Part shown: one piece after another, positions 1 through 13,320 of the stretch
How positions within the stretch are numbered: the first letter of the stretch is position 1
Layout: each line of letters begins with the position of its first letter
NCBI GenBank assembly: GCA_051362555.1
Contig: CM120644.1
Location: 380,954 to 444,953, forward strand
Direction: 5' to 3'
DNA: 64,000 bases
DNA from: Lingula anatina
Taxonomy: Eukaryota; Animalia; Brachiopoda
Translations under genes and position numbers: made by a program
The notes under the pieces: generated by a model
The model's input: only the letters and a program-made list of their open reading frames with translations
What the model was told of the DNA's origin: nothing
The model's database searches: none

Positions 1-471
1 CTGTGGCAACGAACCTCGACTTTGCAAGGTCACTGCTGACTTCTGTCTTTGCTGATGTTGTAATGAACTGTTACTGTCAGTATACTGTCTTTGTTGTTGT
101 TGCTGCTGCAGTGTGCTGTCACTGTATTGTCTATGTTGCTGTAAGGAGGCAGTGTTGTCTCCGTATATGCGGTAAGGATGTAAAGAGCTGCTAGTCTCGC
201 TGTATGGTTTCTCTGCCCTCACCTCCCCGCGCTGGTGACTGCCACCAAATACTGAACTTGTCTCTTGTCGTTCACTGCCGGGCACATAGTGCTGCTGTTG
301 TTGTAACTGTTGCTGTTTATTGCTGCTGATTACTGCCTGCTGCTTGCTGCTGCCATGTTGTGGAGGCGGGGCGTAGTCATGGAGACGGGAGGGAGGGGGA
401 GGGGAAGGGATTTGACTGGCGTTGCCATGGAAAGTTTCTTGACCCTGGTTATAGGCAGATGTCTGGTAGGC
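1..471 (-). CDS. ARHGAP21: ARHGAP21/23-like coding exon (post-PDZ, then P/Q/S-rich low-complexity region); runs off the window edge
   Basis: Acceptor ttttctttgttccAG|GCC at 472/471. The frame is open for 157 codons to position 1: AYQTSAYNQGQETFHGNASQIPSPPPP..., resembling vertebrate [26 protein letters not shown] (recalled). Phase 0 fits the preceding exon. Confidence 0.9.
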
Positions 472-2663
472 CTGGAACAAAGAAAACATGGGGATATTAC
501 ATATTTGAATACCTTATAATACATAAATATGAATATGTATGCATTTATACATAATTATATACATATATAAACACACATATACACAGATAAAAACGTATTA
601 TAAACAAAGACATAAATCATCACATGAAATTAGCACAGTTATGTGTAAGACATTGTACAATGTGCTCAGATCCAACAGATGACAATAAAATACAAAATAT
701 GATCTGCAAAGATAAAAGGTGCCCCAAGACCACCCAAGGTTACATATACAGGAGTTAGTAAAGAACCCTGCTTGATGTAAGCACCTTGAGAAACAAAACC
801 AGCTACAGCCAGTCAACCTGCCTTCACCTTGCCAACAGTTATCTGGAACACTTCTGGAAACTGAACTCAGCAACTACAGGAGATGAATAACAGACTGCAC
901 TTTTCCCTACAATATAGAAGGCCTGAACAACCAGCGAACATGTCCAGTCCGAACCCATGTGTTATGTTCTATAGACAACCTCTGTGACTGGTTCTGTTAA
1001 CACAGGTAAACCTCAGGTATCTTCACTACCTGGCTCCTCCTGCCAATACAGGTAAACCCTGTACCATATCACAATTCTGGGACATATGGATAAGATCCTG
1101 GTTATTTAACTGTTTCTACATCTTCTGTACAGTCCTCTATTCGATCAAATCTTTGATTATACTTTCACTCTGTGGTACACAAAGATAACTTTTGACCAAC
1201 AAAATCATCTATGACCTACCTGCTAACCTCATCTTTCATTAAAACAATGAGATAGCTGAAAATAAGATCCTCCTTTCTTGAGCCTGAGCAAATCCAATAT
1301 TGCATCTGGCAAACATGTCTGTGCCAGAGTTTACATGGTGTTTTACCTTTCTCCTGCTTCTACATGGAGAACTCAGCAGACTGCTCTGTAGCAGAAGAGT
1401 TCTACCTGAGAGTCTTCTAAAGCAGATACATACCTTTTACAAAAGATTTACAGTCTTCTGTCAACAGAGATATAAAACTACACAGTATAATTTCCCAGAA
1501 ATTAATGTTCCAGCATACCTTATCAGATCCCTTCTGCCTTCTTCTGCAGCTCTCAGAGAACACACTCACCTCTACCTTTACAGCTCTCTCCGCCCACACC
1601 TTTTACCTGTACCTACACCTTTTACCTGTACACTCACACCACACAGGTAACACACATGCTGCACTTAGGATGAAATTGTTCTTAAGATGCCACGAACAGG
1701 TAAACTAAATATTCATCTCAGCTCATTGAGCATTCAGCTAAAAGGTTTTTCTGTGGTTCCTACTGACCTCTCCCTCTGTTTCCTCAACTCTAAATCCTTC
1801 CACCTCCTTCTCCTTATATCTCTCCCTCCCTCCCTCCCTCTGTGATTCCAATTGACCCCTCCCTCCCTCTCCCCCTCCCTACATCTCTCTGTTTGTTCCT
1901 CTGTCCCTTTCCCTCTCATTCTCCCTTCTCTTTCTCTCTCACCCTCCTCCTACCATCTCTCTCTCCATTTCTCTCACTCTCTTGCTGATCAACTGCATCA
2001 TCAAAACAAAGATATATCCAATACAACATAATCAAAAGTGACTGCACTATAATCCTCACCACCCTATACACACCACTATGTCATATATAGCATCACAGCA
2101 AGAAGGCACAGTAATAGTGGATGTGTGTCAGCATCACCAACTTAGCTGTGATCTTCCTTCCATTCATCCTTCTACACTCTGTCCATCTTCTGAGTCCCAA
2201 TGATATCAATATATACACACCGCCATAGGCAGGTAGCTATAACTAACCCCTAGTGCTAACTAGACTCCTTGGCAGGGGAAGGGAGTTATATAAAATAACA
2301 TAGATCAATCAGACTACCTGACACAGGTATGTAATCTATCTCCCTGTGAATACCTGACCAGATCTTGCTCATGAAGAGGCTACTCTCACTGCCTCAGGTG
2401 TGCCAGCTGCTGGGTGGTTAACAAGGTAAATAACAGATAGGGGCAAACAGAGCAGCTGCTGATTAACATGGCCCTCTAATATTATGGCCCACTGTGTGTA
2501 TTTAATAAATATGGATACTGTACTGGATACCCAGGGTAACAGTCTGAAGTGACCAGTGTTATATAGTAGTAGGCAGTATAATATGTATGTAGCTGGTATT
2601 CAAAGTTTTCACACGGTTGTCACATATACCACATTTATTCCAATCATAGCTTTGTAATTCTCA

Positions 2664-3271
2664 GGCTACATTAACAACAAAGTTGATCCGTGGACTAACA
2701 GATAATATGGCTGCCCCACTGTAAAGTCTGTGACACAATTTTGTAACATACACTGAATACATTCCCCATGGGAATTATGTGGTAAGTTTTTAAGTGGGTC
2801 GGCCATATTTGATCCACTGATCTGTTAGACCGCATTCACATCGAATTTTGTAACATACACTGAATACATTCCCCATGGGAATTATGTGGTAAGTTTTTAA
2901 GTGGGTCGGCCATATTTGATCCACTGATCTGTTAGACCGCATTCACATCGAGTTGAGCCATGGATCTACAAAGTCACGAACTTAATATGGCGGACGTACA
3001 TGAAAGGAAAACCGCCTAATCTTTTAATAGTCTCTCCGCCTCTCACACCCCTCCCCACGTGTCATCCCTTCAGGGGGTACAGTCATTAAATTTCGGCTCC
3101 ATTGGGGCGACACATGGGGAGGCGTGTGAGAGGCGGAGAGACTATTAAAAGATTAAGCGGTTTTCTTTTCATGTACATTCGCCATATTTAGTTCATGACT
3201 TTGTAGATCCATGGCTCAATGGATGTGAATGCGGTCATTGTCTGCTGATTAACTTTGGTGTGAATGTAGCC
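2664..3271. mobile_element. PIF/Harbinger-like MITE carrying a nested palindromic MITE
   Basis: Termini GGCTACATT(a/c)ACA..AAAGTT / AACTTTGGTGTGAATGTAGCC, with 3-bp TSD TCA at 2661-2663 and 3272-3274. Confidence 0.7.
2935..3236. mobile_element. ~300-bp palindromic MITE
   Basis: GACCGCATTCACATC...GATGTGAATGCGGTC with arms complementary over ~135 bp. Shares the TCTCTCCGCCTCTCAC core with 11048-11348. Confidence 0.75.
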
Positions 3272-3539
3272 TCAGTTATATCTATCATGACCAGATCTGT
3301 AATAACCCCTTCTTCATTCTTTTTTAACACCCAACTTTAAGAAGCAGAAATGTTTCTTAGTTGTTGTGTATGCTGTAACCTTTAACAGAAGTCAACAACC
3401 AGGCTTCAACTCACAGGTAAATGTACAGGTAAATGTCACACCACCTACAGCACTGATGTACACTTTATCATGTTATGCTGTAGACTGAAGACTTTACTGA
3501 GACTTCTTTACTGATATCCTAACTGTTCATATCCCTCTG

Positions 3540-3555
3540 TACACACACACACACA

Positions 3556-3586
<31 letters not shown>

Positions 3587-3810
3587 GCACGCGCACACAC
3601 ACAGTACGCACACACACAGTACACACACATACACACACAATGTACACACACAAACACACACACACACACATACACATACACATAGTACACACACACACAC
3701 ACACTACACACACACATACACACACATGTACACACACAGACACACATAGACCCTCATATGCATGCATGTGTATATGTATGTGTATGTGTGTGCATGTGTG
3801 TGTGTGTACA
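3540..3810. repeat. Compound (CA)n/(TG)n microsatellite
   Basis: Direct reading. Explains the CVCV/HTHT ORFs. Confidence 0.95.
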
Positions 3811-4392
3811 TAAGTGTTAGGCACAGCTGACTGACTACCACATGTAATCCCACAAACACACTCATGTAATACACTTGCAAACATGTGAGCACATGTCCAC
3901 ACACATGTACAGATACCTCATGCTGTGTACCATCTGTACACTACACTCTAGGAACCACTACGCTCTTTGAAAACCCTCTATCTAACAAAACAAATTGTTC
4001 TTTATACTGAAAATAAATTTGTTAACCAGTAGATACCTTCTGTGTATATATCATATGATATATAGAGTTCTTTAAAAAATCCCACTATATATTAACTGTA
4101 CCAAAACAACAAGCAAGCAATTTCCACTATCTTTAATGTATATACCAGAGTACTGGCAACATGGCTGACCCTCGGTAAAATGGGGCATCCTCTCAATACT
4201 TTATAACTGGCAGCAGACCAGATATCTTCCCTGCTATATCACTGCACAATGTGGCTTCCTCTCAATACTCTGTACCAATGCCGCAGCACCAAGATGTCTG
4301 ACTCAGATAGTCTGATGTTTATAGCAGTTTTTTTTATTATCATTATGATAAGAAATACTATATTTAAACATTCCTTTTGGATTACCTCTTTC

Positions 4393-4593
4393 AGGTCTTG
4401 TTCACAACCAAAGTTGATCTGTGGACTAACAGATCTTCAGATCAAATATGGCCGACCTACTTGTAAGCTTACCATGCAGTAGTAGGAAATCTACACACAC
4501 ACACACACATTATTGGGGGTTTAGCTTTCAAGTGGGTTGGCCATATTAATCCAAAAATCTAAGTCTGTGGAAAACTTGTTCTGAAAGCACCCT
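4393..4593. mobile_element. Degenerate MITE of the same family as 2664-3271
   Basis: AAAGTTGATCTGTGGACTAACAGAT...ATCAAATATGGCCGACC and inverted GGTTGGCCATATT. Confidence 0.55.
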
Positions 4594-5883
4594 CAGGCTT
4601 CAAATCTGGCAAGACTCGTGTTCAGAGGCAATATATAACTTACTAGTTAAGTGAATCTACTATTAGTAATATGTTAACTTCAGAAGATTTCAAGTTATAT
4701 TTTATCAAAAGTAGGTACTAGTAACAAAACCTACCATCTAGCTCTGTGATTCATCTGATGATGTGAAGTGAAGAGTAAATTTACTGTGAATATCTGACCT
4801 AGTGTGATTCACTTGTTTTATCTGTGGCACATGTTTCAAATTAGCTATCATACTTTCACAATATTTTATCATATTTTTTATGCTGATATGATGATAAAAA
4901 ACTGGTCAGTCATATAACATGCCTCCTGGTTCCCATGTTACATATCAGACACCTACTTAATAATATAATAATATCTTCACAGTTCTAATTGCAGTACTGT
5001 TCGTCTCTGTGGTTCCCATGTTGTATATCTATCTGTAACCTGCTTATTAGTATCTTCATAGCTCTAATTTTAATACTATTCTGTCTTTCATAAAGACACA
5101 CACATACTAGTACACTCATACACACACACACATATACATACTCACACAGATAGTCGCGTATAGACACACACACACTCACAGCACCCAGATTAACAGGAGC
5201 AGTCTATTTGTTTGAAGCCTTCAAATACTTCATGCTTCAATACCAAATACAGATGGCCATCTGCACGCACACAAACACATACAAGCATGCACACTCTTTT
5301 ACTCCAATATACCTGCTGAAATGGATATTTGCAAAATCACATCTGCAGTATTTCTCCCTAAGTTTTCTGACTACGAATATCCCACAAGGATGTTCTGAAG
5401 CCACACAAACATCTGATATACATTATTATTTGGAACCAGTTCAACACAGCACACATACACCAGTGTATAGTCAGTTAACACAGGGAACCTCTTCCCTTGA
5501 TCTGGTGCCTTGTATGTACAGAACTTCTACAACACAATTATATACACTACAGTTGGTAAGGCTCCATTCACATAGATAACATCCATTTATTTAGATCGAC
5601 CCAACTCTGTCAGCCATATTTGATCCATGGATCTGTTGGTCCACTGTTCTGAATCCACTCTAAGTCTTTAGTGGATCATATCAGTAACACACTGTATAAC
5701 CTTCATCATCACAGCAGTTCTACAGAGCAGATATATCCTGCTGGGTACTCACCTCACATACAACACTGGTCATTATATATAGTACACACAGTGGCTATAT
5801 GTTATAAATACAGCTACTGTATACAGAGTTCATACAGTTCTTATATCCAGTATGTGCAGTAGTTATATAGTGTACATACTTAC

Positions 5884-5916
5884 TGTCAATACAGCAGTTC
5901 CACAGGCAGTGAAAAT
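5884..5916 (-). CDS. Candidate 33-nt cassette exon IFTACGTAVLT
   Basis: gtgctAG acceptor (weak) and ACA|GTAAGT donor. Phase 0->0 and stop-free, lying between ...ILQM and AYQ... Confidence 0.3.
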
Positions 5917-6744
5917 CTAGCACACACATATATAAGATAACTGAGGCAAGTCTGCAATATATCAGTTATCAGTAGACACTCCAGTGAACAGCCAGCCAGT
6001 TCTATATTATAAAAGAAACAACAGGAAAGTCAACAACTCTATGACCTTCTCCAAACCACCTTGCCAATATTATCCCCAACCCAAAGCAGCATCTTTACCT
6101 GTTATCCTTAGCCCAGAGCTGGCCCCACAGTCAAACCAGGAAAAACTTACAGTTAGTTTACAATTTCTCCCGCAGATGGTGTTACACCAAGACAAGCTGA
6201 GTGAACCCCCAAAACATTCCAGAACAACCTGTAGCGACATTGTGTACTTGATGTTATCCCTGCTGTTATCTAGTGGACATCAATGCTGAAATGATCTGTT
6301 ATCATGGAATATCTCAGCTAATTCAACTTGTCCACAGATAAACAGCTGACAACAACCTTCCTTCAGCAGGTTCTATGTGGACATAGTTAGCAAATAAAAT
6401 ATGTATAACTGTAAGGAAACCCAGTACAAGCAGTAATGGAAAACACAAATGACCATAAGAAATCACCATAAAAATGAATCAAAGCTGCTGTAGTAAAAAA
6501 AAAACATTTCAAGATCACTTATGGCCTTGAAACCTAGATATCTATAACCTCCCCTACCCCCATTACCAGTACAATATCAGAATACTCTACAATAAACAAT
6601 ATAGCAGTACAGACTTAAGCAGTTTTCTCCAAGTCCAATGTATAAAATATAGAGCTGCTCCTCTGCAATTGTTCTAAAAGGTCAGCAATGCTGTGTACAT
6701 TGGAGTTTGTATTTGACAGATAACTTATTATAGCACTAACTTCT

Positions 6745-7820
6745 AATACTGCACTGGGCAATACTACTCCATCTTGCTATGTTAGGATACTACAGCACTG
6801 AGCAATACTGCTCCATCTTGCTATGTTAGGATACTACAGCACTGAGCAATACTGCTCCATCCTGCCATGTTAGGATACTACAGCACTGAGCAATACTGCT
6901 TCATCTTGCTATGTTACCATACTACAGCACTGAGCAATACTGCTTCATCTTGCTATGTTAGGATACTACAGCACTGAGCAATACTGCTTCATCTTGCTAT
7001 GTTAGGATACTACAGCACTGAGCAATACTGCTCCATCTTGCTATGTTAGGATACTACAGCACTGAGCAATACTGCTTCATCTTGCTATGTTACCATACTA
7101 CAGCACTGAACAATACTGCTTCATCTTGCTATGTTACCATACTACAGCACTGAGCAATACTGCTTCATCTTGCTATGTTAGGATACTACAGCACTGAGCA
7201 ATACTGCTCCATCTTGCTGTGTTACCATACTACAGCACTGAGCAATACTGCTCCATCTTGCTATGTTACCATACTACAGCACTGAGCAATACTGCTCCAT
7301 CTTGCTATGTTACCATACTACAGCACTGAGCAATACTGCTCCATCTTGCTATGTTACCATACTACAGCACTGAGCAATACTGCTCCATCTTGCTATGTTA
7401 CCATACTACAGCACTGAGCAATACTGCTCCATCTTGCTGATTTTAAAAAGCAAAGCAAGTCTGCAATATATCAGTTATCAGTAGACACTCCAGTGAACAG
7501 CCAGCCAGTTCTATATTATAAAAGAAACAACAGGAAAGTCAACAACTCTATGACCTTCTCCAAACCACCTTGCCAATATTATCCCCAACCCATGCACATG
7601 CTGCTCCATCTTGCTATGTTAGGATACTACAGCACTGAGCAATACTGCTCCATCTTGCTATGTTAGGATACTTCAGCACTGAGCAACTCTGCTCCATCTT
7701 GCCATGTTAGGATAGTACAGCACTGAGCAATACTGCTCCATCTTGCTATGTTAGGATACTACAGCACTGAGCAATACTGCTCCATCCCGCTGTGTCAGGA
7801 TGCTAGAGCACTGAGCAATA
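6745..7820. repeat. 41-bp minisatellite (~22 copies), interrupted at 7439-7597
   Basis: Unit TACTACAGCACTGAGCAATACTGCTCCATCTTGCTATGTTA(GGA/CCA). Confidence 0.95.
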
Positions 7821-8803
7821 GTGAGAAAGATTTTAAAAAGCAAAACTTAAGGATTTGTGGATTATTTTTCAAATTGCCAGTTTTACACCAATAAGCAGGA
7901 TTTGCATCACTTGAGCTTTTTCTGTAAAAAGTCTGCTTGGACAACTAATTGCTCCTAGAAAATACTTTGTCTATTGCCTTACATACAGACACCTGTTGAC
8001 TGTGCTATTTCTTGCTGCTTACAGTTGAAAAGAGAAAAAAAACCTATTATCTGCAAACTGATAGAAGCAAAAAGAGGAAACATAAAGTAGAGTATGAAAC
8101 AAAAGAATGAGCTTATTTTAAAATAACTTTTAGTCCCATCTTAATATCAGACAGATAATCTGCCTGTATAATGTCTTCCCTTGCACCAGCTTGTCTTGAG
8201 CTGCTCCCTGGCACAGCTCCATCTATCTTGAGACTCTCCCCATCCCTGCTCGGCCTGTCTTGCCATATTTAGTCAGTGTGTATATCAGTTCTCAGGTTCA
8301 CAGGTGTATGATTACTGAACCCCCACTTCCAGGGACCATCTCAAAACCTCCTCATGGGGAGCATCTCAGCACTAAGCAGAAAATTAACACCAGGTGGAAC
8401 AAATCAAGACAGGCCAGTGTCCTTAAGTACCATGATATCTCTAAGGGAAAAATTATCTACTAAGGTAAAATAGAAAATGTGACAATTAAATAATTCCATA
8501 TAATAGTAAAAAGACACAGTACAGAACAAATAGCATAAGACGAAACACAACGAAAGCAGAAGCAGGAATACTTAGAAACTAAGAATAAACAAAGACATTA
8601 TTACCTATCAGTATGCACCTATATCTCACCAACAGACCACTGGCTAATGTCAAAAACACTGTATAAAAATATCCTGTACAGCATATACCACATTCTACTC
8701 AGTAAGAACCAATAACCATTCACATAAATTGTGCACAAATAGTGGCTATAGATGAAGAAGACCTAAATCACCATCACAGCAGGTTTTATAGCCTCTCTAG
8801 TGC

Positions 8804-9064
8804 TTAGATCCTATTCCCATACCTAGCTCAATCTAGCGGGATCGGGATATCTCCGAGAGGATTCTTGCTAAATTGTTTTCTGCTTACATGGGTTACCTGT
8901 CTAGCATGTCCAATGAAGCTGTTAAGCGATAGTTAATTACCCTCTAGCAGCTTCGGCAGGCGTGATAGACATCTAAGCCACTTAAGTTAATTGCAATTAA
9001 GTGAGAATCCCCTTGGAGATAGTTCGGTCCAAAGTTAGTACGATAGGGTCTGAGAATGGTATCT
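8804..9064. mobile_element. Degenerate MITE; related fragment at ~15810-15945
   Basis: Imperfect inverted ends (AGATCCTATTCCCATACC / GGGTCTGAGAATGGTATCT; TATCTCCGAGAGGATTCT / AGAATCCCCTTGGAGATA). Shared GATAGTTAAT.ACCC.CTAGC core. Confidence 0.45.
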
Positions 9065-9893
9065 TTGTGAATACCATGGCTGTACAACTATACATAAATC
9101 TCATCCATGTGAATATCATGACCTGAGGCCCTCTAACATACCCTTGGTCTAAATCTGTAGACAGGAGGTAGTTATAATACATCAGTTCTATCTCCTATCC
9201 AACCTGCTGTACTTGCCTTACCTAACAGTATGTGATAAATCAGGTCACAAGTGGAGACTGGTCCATGTGCTCAATACTATATCTTCCTTTATGAAGTCAA
9301 ACACAAGCAACTACTGATGGATTCATGGCAAAGGTGAACAGAAAAAGACGAATTTATAGCTCCATGTCCTTAGAAGATTGATATCACCTTGACTGGTCTT
9401 TCCATAGGCTTCATCCTGGACCTCTGCCATATCTCTGATATATATACACATACACACACAGTCTATGCTGGCTCTACAATGGCTGCAGCTTTGATGGAAC
9501 TCTAATTTGGCTACATAAATATGGTACATATAAATTAGCTGAAAACACATGTACGTGAGGAGCCGGTATAAAGCAATATATTAGAATTACTAGCAATGAG
9601 AACTTCTCCCCACATGTGCTTCATGTGCTGTACACAAGAGCATGAAAGAAGGCAGACATACAGGTTATGGCACTTGACAATGAGGCTATGTATGTGAATG
9701 TAACACAACAAGTGGATGTGAGGATATACACATACACACCCACAGAACACCCACAGAACATCCTACTTCACAACTAACCAGAAAGCTGTCTCTCAGTAAT
9801 TAACACACACAGAACACACACACACTCACACACACACACACAGACAGAACACACACACTCACACACACAGTACAAACACACACGCACACAGAA

Positions 9894-9930
<37 letters not shown>

Positions 9931-10042
9931 GCTTACCCCTACCACTCCCCTGGAAGCTGTCCTAACACAGTGACCTCAGCAGTTAACACACAGCAGATAC
10001 CAACTGAGGGAAATTGTTGTGGATAACCAGGATAAACAAGTA

Positions 10043-10228
10043 CAGTGCCAACCAGAAGATTTCAAACATTACAAACCACGTTTTACAGTGCTGACCAAAA
10101 TATTTCAAACATTACAAACCACATTTTACAGTGCTGACCAAAAAATTTCAAATACTACAAACCACATTTTACAGTGATGACCAAAATATTTCAAACATTA
10201 CAAGCCATGTTTTACAGTGCTGACCAAA
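10043..10228. repeat. ~43-bp minisatellite x4
   Basis: CAGTGCTGACCAAAATATTTCAAACATTACAAACCAC.TTTTA. Confidence 0.85.
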
Positions 10229-11047
10229 TACTCCCAACAACATGCTGTAGGCCCTGTTTAGAAAAGGGGTAAAAAACTGCCATATCCATTTAATTTATGT
10301 GAACACTCACTAATAAATTCTTGATATCCTTTGAGAAATCCAGCCTGTATTTTTATAACCTGATGAATTTCTGACTTGACTGCCAGTAGTTTATACGAGT
10401 TCACAGGTACACACATTTTCACATGCTTTTTATCATTGTCATCTATCAAAGTATATTCTAATCACTTGTACACAACAATAAGACATATACACAAAGCCAC
10501 GTCTACGTTTGTAATCCTTAATTGGAAAACGGAATGGAAAGAAAGGACAGGAATTTGTTCTGCTTCAGTATTGAACTTCACCTCACTTGAAGCAGAAATT
10601 GGTGCTGTTAACTGGAGTACAAGATATAACACCAAGTCCAATGAATCAGTACTGCATTAACAGCAAAAATAATATCAAGAAATATAGGGCACAAACATTA
10701 TACAACTCGTTATAAACATAAATTTTATGTAATGAACATAAAAAGATGAGACAAAAACCTTGAACAAACTCACAGAGAACATTATAATGCATACACTATA
10801 AATATCAAGAGAGAGTTTAAGAAAGTGACATGAACAGGTCAACGTTAGTCCTGAGGAGTAAAACAACGAAATCATCTCATATTTTACTATAAAGACCAAT
10901 TCCCACATAAGCTGAGGACAGAATATTTTCATTTAACTGTCAACATAAGATGGAGGAGAGCAGTTGCAATGTGCCAAGGTTCACTGGTTAAACTAAACAT
11001 CATTTACCAGACATTTAGAACATTTCACCAAACTGCTGTGGATCAGT

Positions 11048-11348
11048 GGCCTTATACAGAATAGACGATCCGAGTATCAACTGGTCCATGGATCAAATAT
11101 GGCCGACCCTACATGGAAGAAAGACTACTTAATCCTGTAATGGTCTCTCCGCCTCTCACTCGCTGTCCCATGTGTTGTCCCTGCAGGGTCACAGTAAGTT
11201 AATTTCAACTCCATTCCACCAGATGAGTGGGGAGGCGTCTGAGAGGCGAAGAGACCATTACAGGATTAAGTAGTCTTCCTTTCAAGTAGGGTCCGCCATA
11301 TTTGACCATTAGACCAGTTGATACTCAGACCTTCTATTCTAAATGGCC
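11048..11348. mobile_element. ~300-bp palindromic MITE (Harbinger-like GGCC termini)
   Basis: Long complementary arms (AGACTACTTAATCCTGTAATGGTCTCT / AGAGACCATTACAGGATTAAGTAGTCT), related to 2935-3236. Confidence 0.7.
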
Positions 11349-12391
11349 CCAATGTCTCAGTTGCTCTTCTCAAACTGATTCACACCACACCTTTCAGGTA
11401 AGAAGTGTGCAATAATATAATCCAGCTTGAAAAAGTGCTTAACATTGTATCCACTTACAGCCCCAGCCCTTAATACAACAGCTACTGCGATTTATTTCCA
11501 ATAAACTTTAATTCTTGAAAATGCAGTACTTTAGACAAGAAAGCAAAAGCATATATTCTAAATGCCAAATAAAATACCCATTACTCAAGCATTGTTATAA
11601 CCAGTTTACCACAACTTCAAAGCAAACCAATGAACCTTGCTCCAGACCCTGCCAGAAATTTACCAATCCAATAAATATATTGACAGCAAACACTACAGAC
11701 CAAAGCAACAGTTACCTTTCCTTTTCTTTTCTTCCACTCACACGTCTTAAAATAAAACAAAGTCTACGTAGACAGAATTACATATACTTTTCATTGCAAT
11801 ATATTTATATTTAAACAAAGACAATGGATATTTGGACTGTTCAGACACAAACAATTTAAGACCGACTGAAAATCCAACATATATTACTATATTTCTATTT
11901 TGATTTTCCATGGCTTCAAGTGTCAGAAGCAAGATGGTTCTCTGTGAAATATAGGAGGCCACTGACTGGAGTCAGATCAAATTTCGGTCTAAACTAGCCC
12001 TGTCTGAACAGTACCATAATAAAAACTTCATTTCCATGAGTAGTGTCTGGAAATGCTGTTTTTTACCTCTCCATTACACACAGAATTACTGCACATAAAA
12101 TCAAACAGGTTAGAAACAGACAAACAATGTAATATATAAAGAATGGATGGGAGTCCAGAAATCCACACTTAGATATAGTGCAAAATGTAAAAATAACAAA
12201 AGCGCTCCTTTATGTTATTCAGAAATAACAACTAATTTTTTTTTATTTTATATGGAATGCAGAAGATCAAGAATGAACAAACAGGATGTAGACTCTACAA
12301 ACAGACTGATATGTGTAGTGAAAAATTGTTCAAAATTATATGTTGCTGGATTTGTTTTCAAATTTTATCTATAAAATTAAATTAAAAACAT

Positions 12392-12438
<47 letters not shown>

Positions 12439-12853
12439 TTAAATTAAATTTATTTTTCATTTATAATATTAATATTTCTACTACTGCATACAATATCTCT
12501 CAGATTCTTCTTAAGTGAACAAAAATCAAACGTAAAACAAAAATTTCTCCTACCACATTTTAGAAGCAAATATTTTACCTTTACAAGAGAAAATTCTTTA
12601 AATCAGTGTCTTAATTGAACACATGGGAAAAACTTGTAAACCACCATTATATCAATGAGGTCTGTGAAAAAGACATTTTTATGATACCCAGTCTCATCTT
12701 AGAACAGTGCTGTACTTACTGCTTTTGCTGTATTTACAATTATTATTCAATGTCATATTGCAGATGTATATTTCTTGTTGATGATGTATTTGTTGTTATT
12801 GTTGTTGTTGTGGTGACTGATACCGATTAACTGCTGTTGCTATGGTTACCTAC

Positions 12854-12908
12854 CATCTGTAGTATGTCATCATCTTTGGGGACTACCAGTAACTGCAAGG
12901 TGGAGTCA
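12854..12908 (-). CDS. ARHGAP21: ARHGAP21/23-like exon, PDZ C-terminal strand (S)DSTLQLLVVPKDDDILQM
   Basis: ttgttctttcAG acceptor and ATG|GTAGGT donor. 55 nt, phase 2->0. Resembles vertebrate SDTTLELSVMPKDEDILQ (recalled). Confidence 0.93.
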
Positions 12909-12949
12909 CTGAAAGAACAAGAAAGAAATAGTAAGACATTTGTTTTATA

Positions 12950-13320
12950 CACTGTCACACCTAACACGTCACACCTAACACATGTCACACCTAATACATC
13001 TACCACACTGTCACAACTAACACATCTACCACACTGTCACCATAACACATCTACCACACTGTCACACCTAACACATCTACCACACTGTCACAACTAACAC
13101 ATCTACCACACTGTCACCATAACACATCTACCACACTGTCACCATAACACATCTACCACACTGTCACAACTAACACATCTACCACACTGTCGCAACTAAC
13201 ACATCTACCACACTGTCACAACTAACACACTGTCATATATGAAACTAAACTTAACACAGTTTCATCAAACACTATCACACCTACCACAGTGTCACATCTA
13301 ACAGTGTCACATCTAACACA
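12950..13320. repeat. ~27-bp minisatellite just upstream of the exon 12908 acceptor
   Basis: ACACATCTACCACACTGTCACAACTA variants. Confidence 0.9.

Noticed and set aside
3508-3904. CVCV/HTHT-rich ORFs here and at 21245-21650, 23768-24145 and 35627-35981
   Set aside because: They are translations of (CA)n/(TG)n microsatellites.
6745-7820. Regular short repeats resembling a CRISPR array (also 58455-58768 and 26720-28165)
   Set aside because: These are head-to-tail units with no unique spacers, there are no cas genes, and the context is a eukaryotic intron.
9937-9949. 13-nt AG...GTAAGC microexon-like segment
   Set aside because: It is not frame-preserving with any nearby acceptor (13, 20 or 25 nt), and there is no in-frame ATG.
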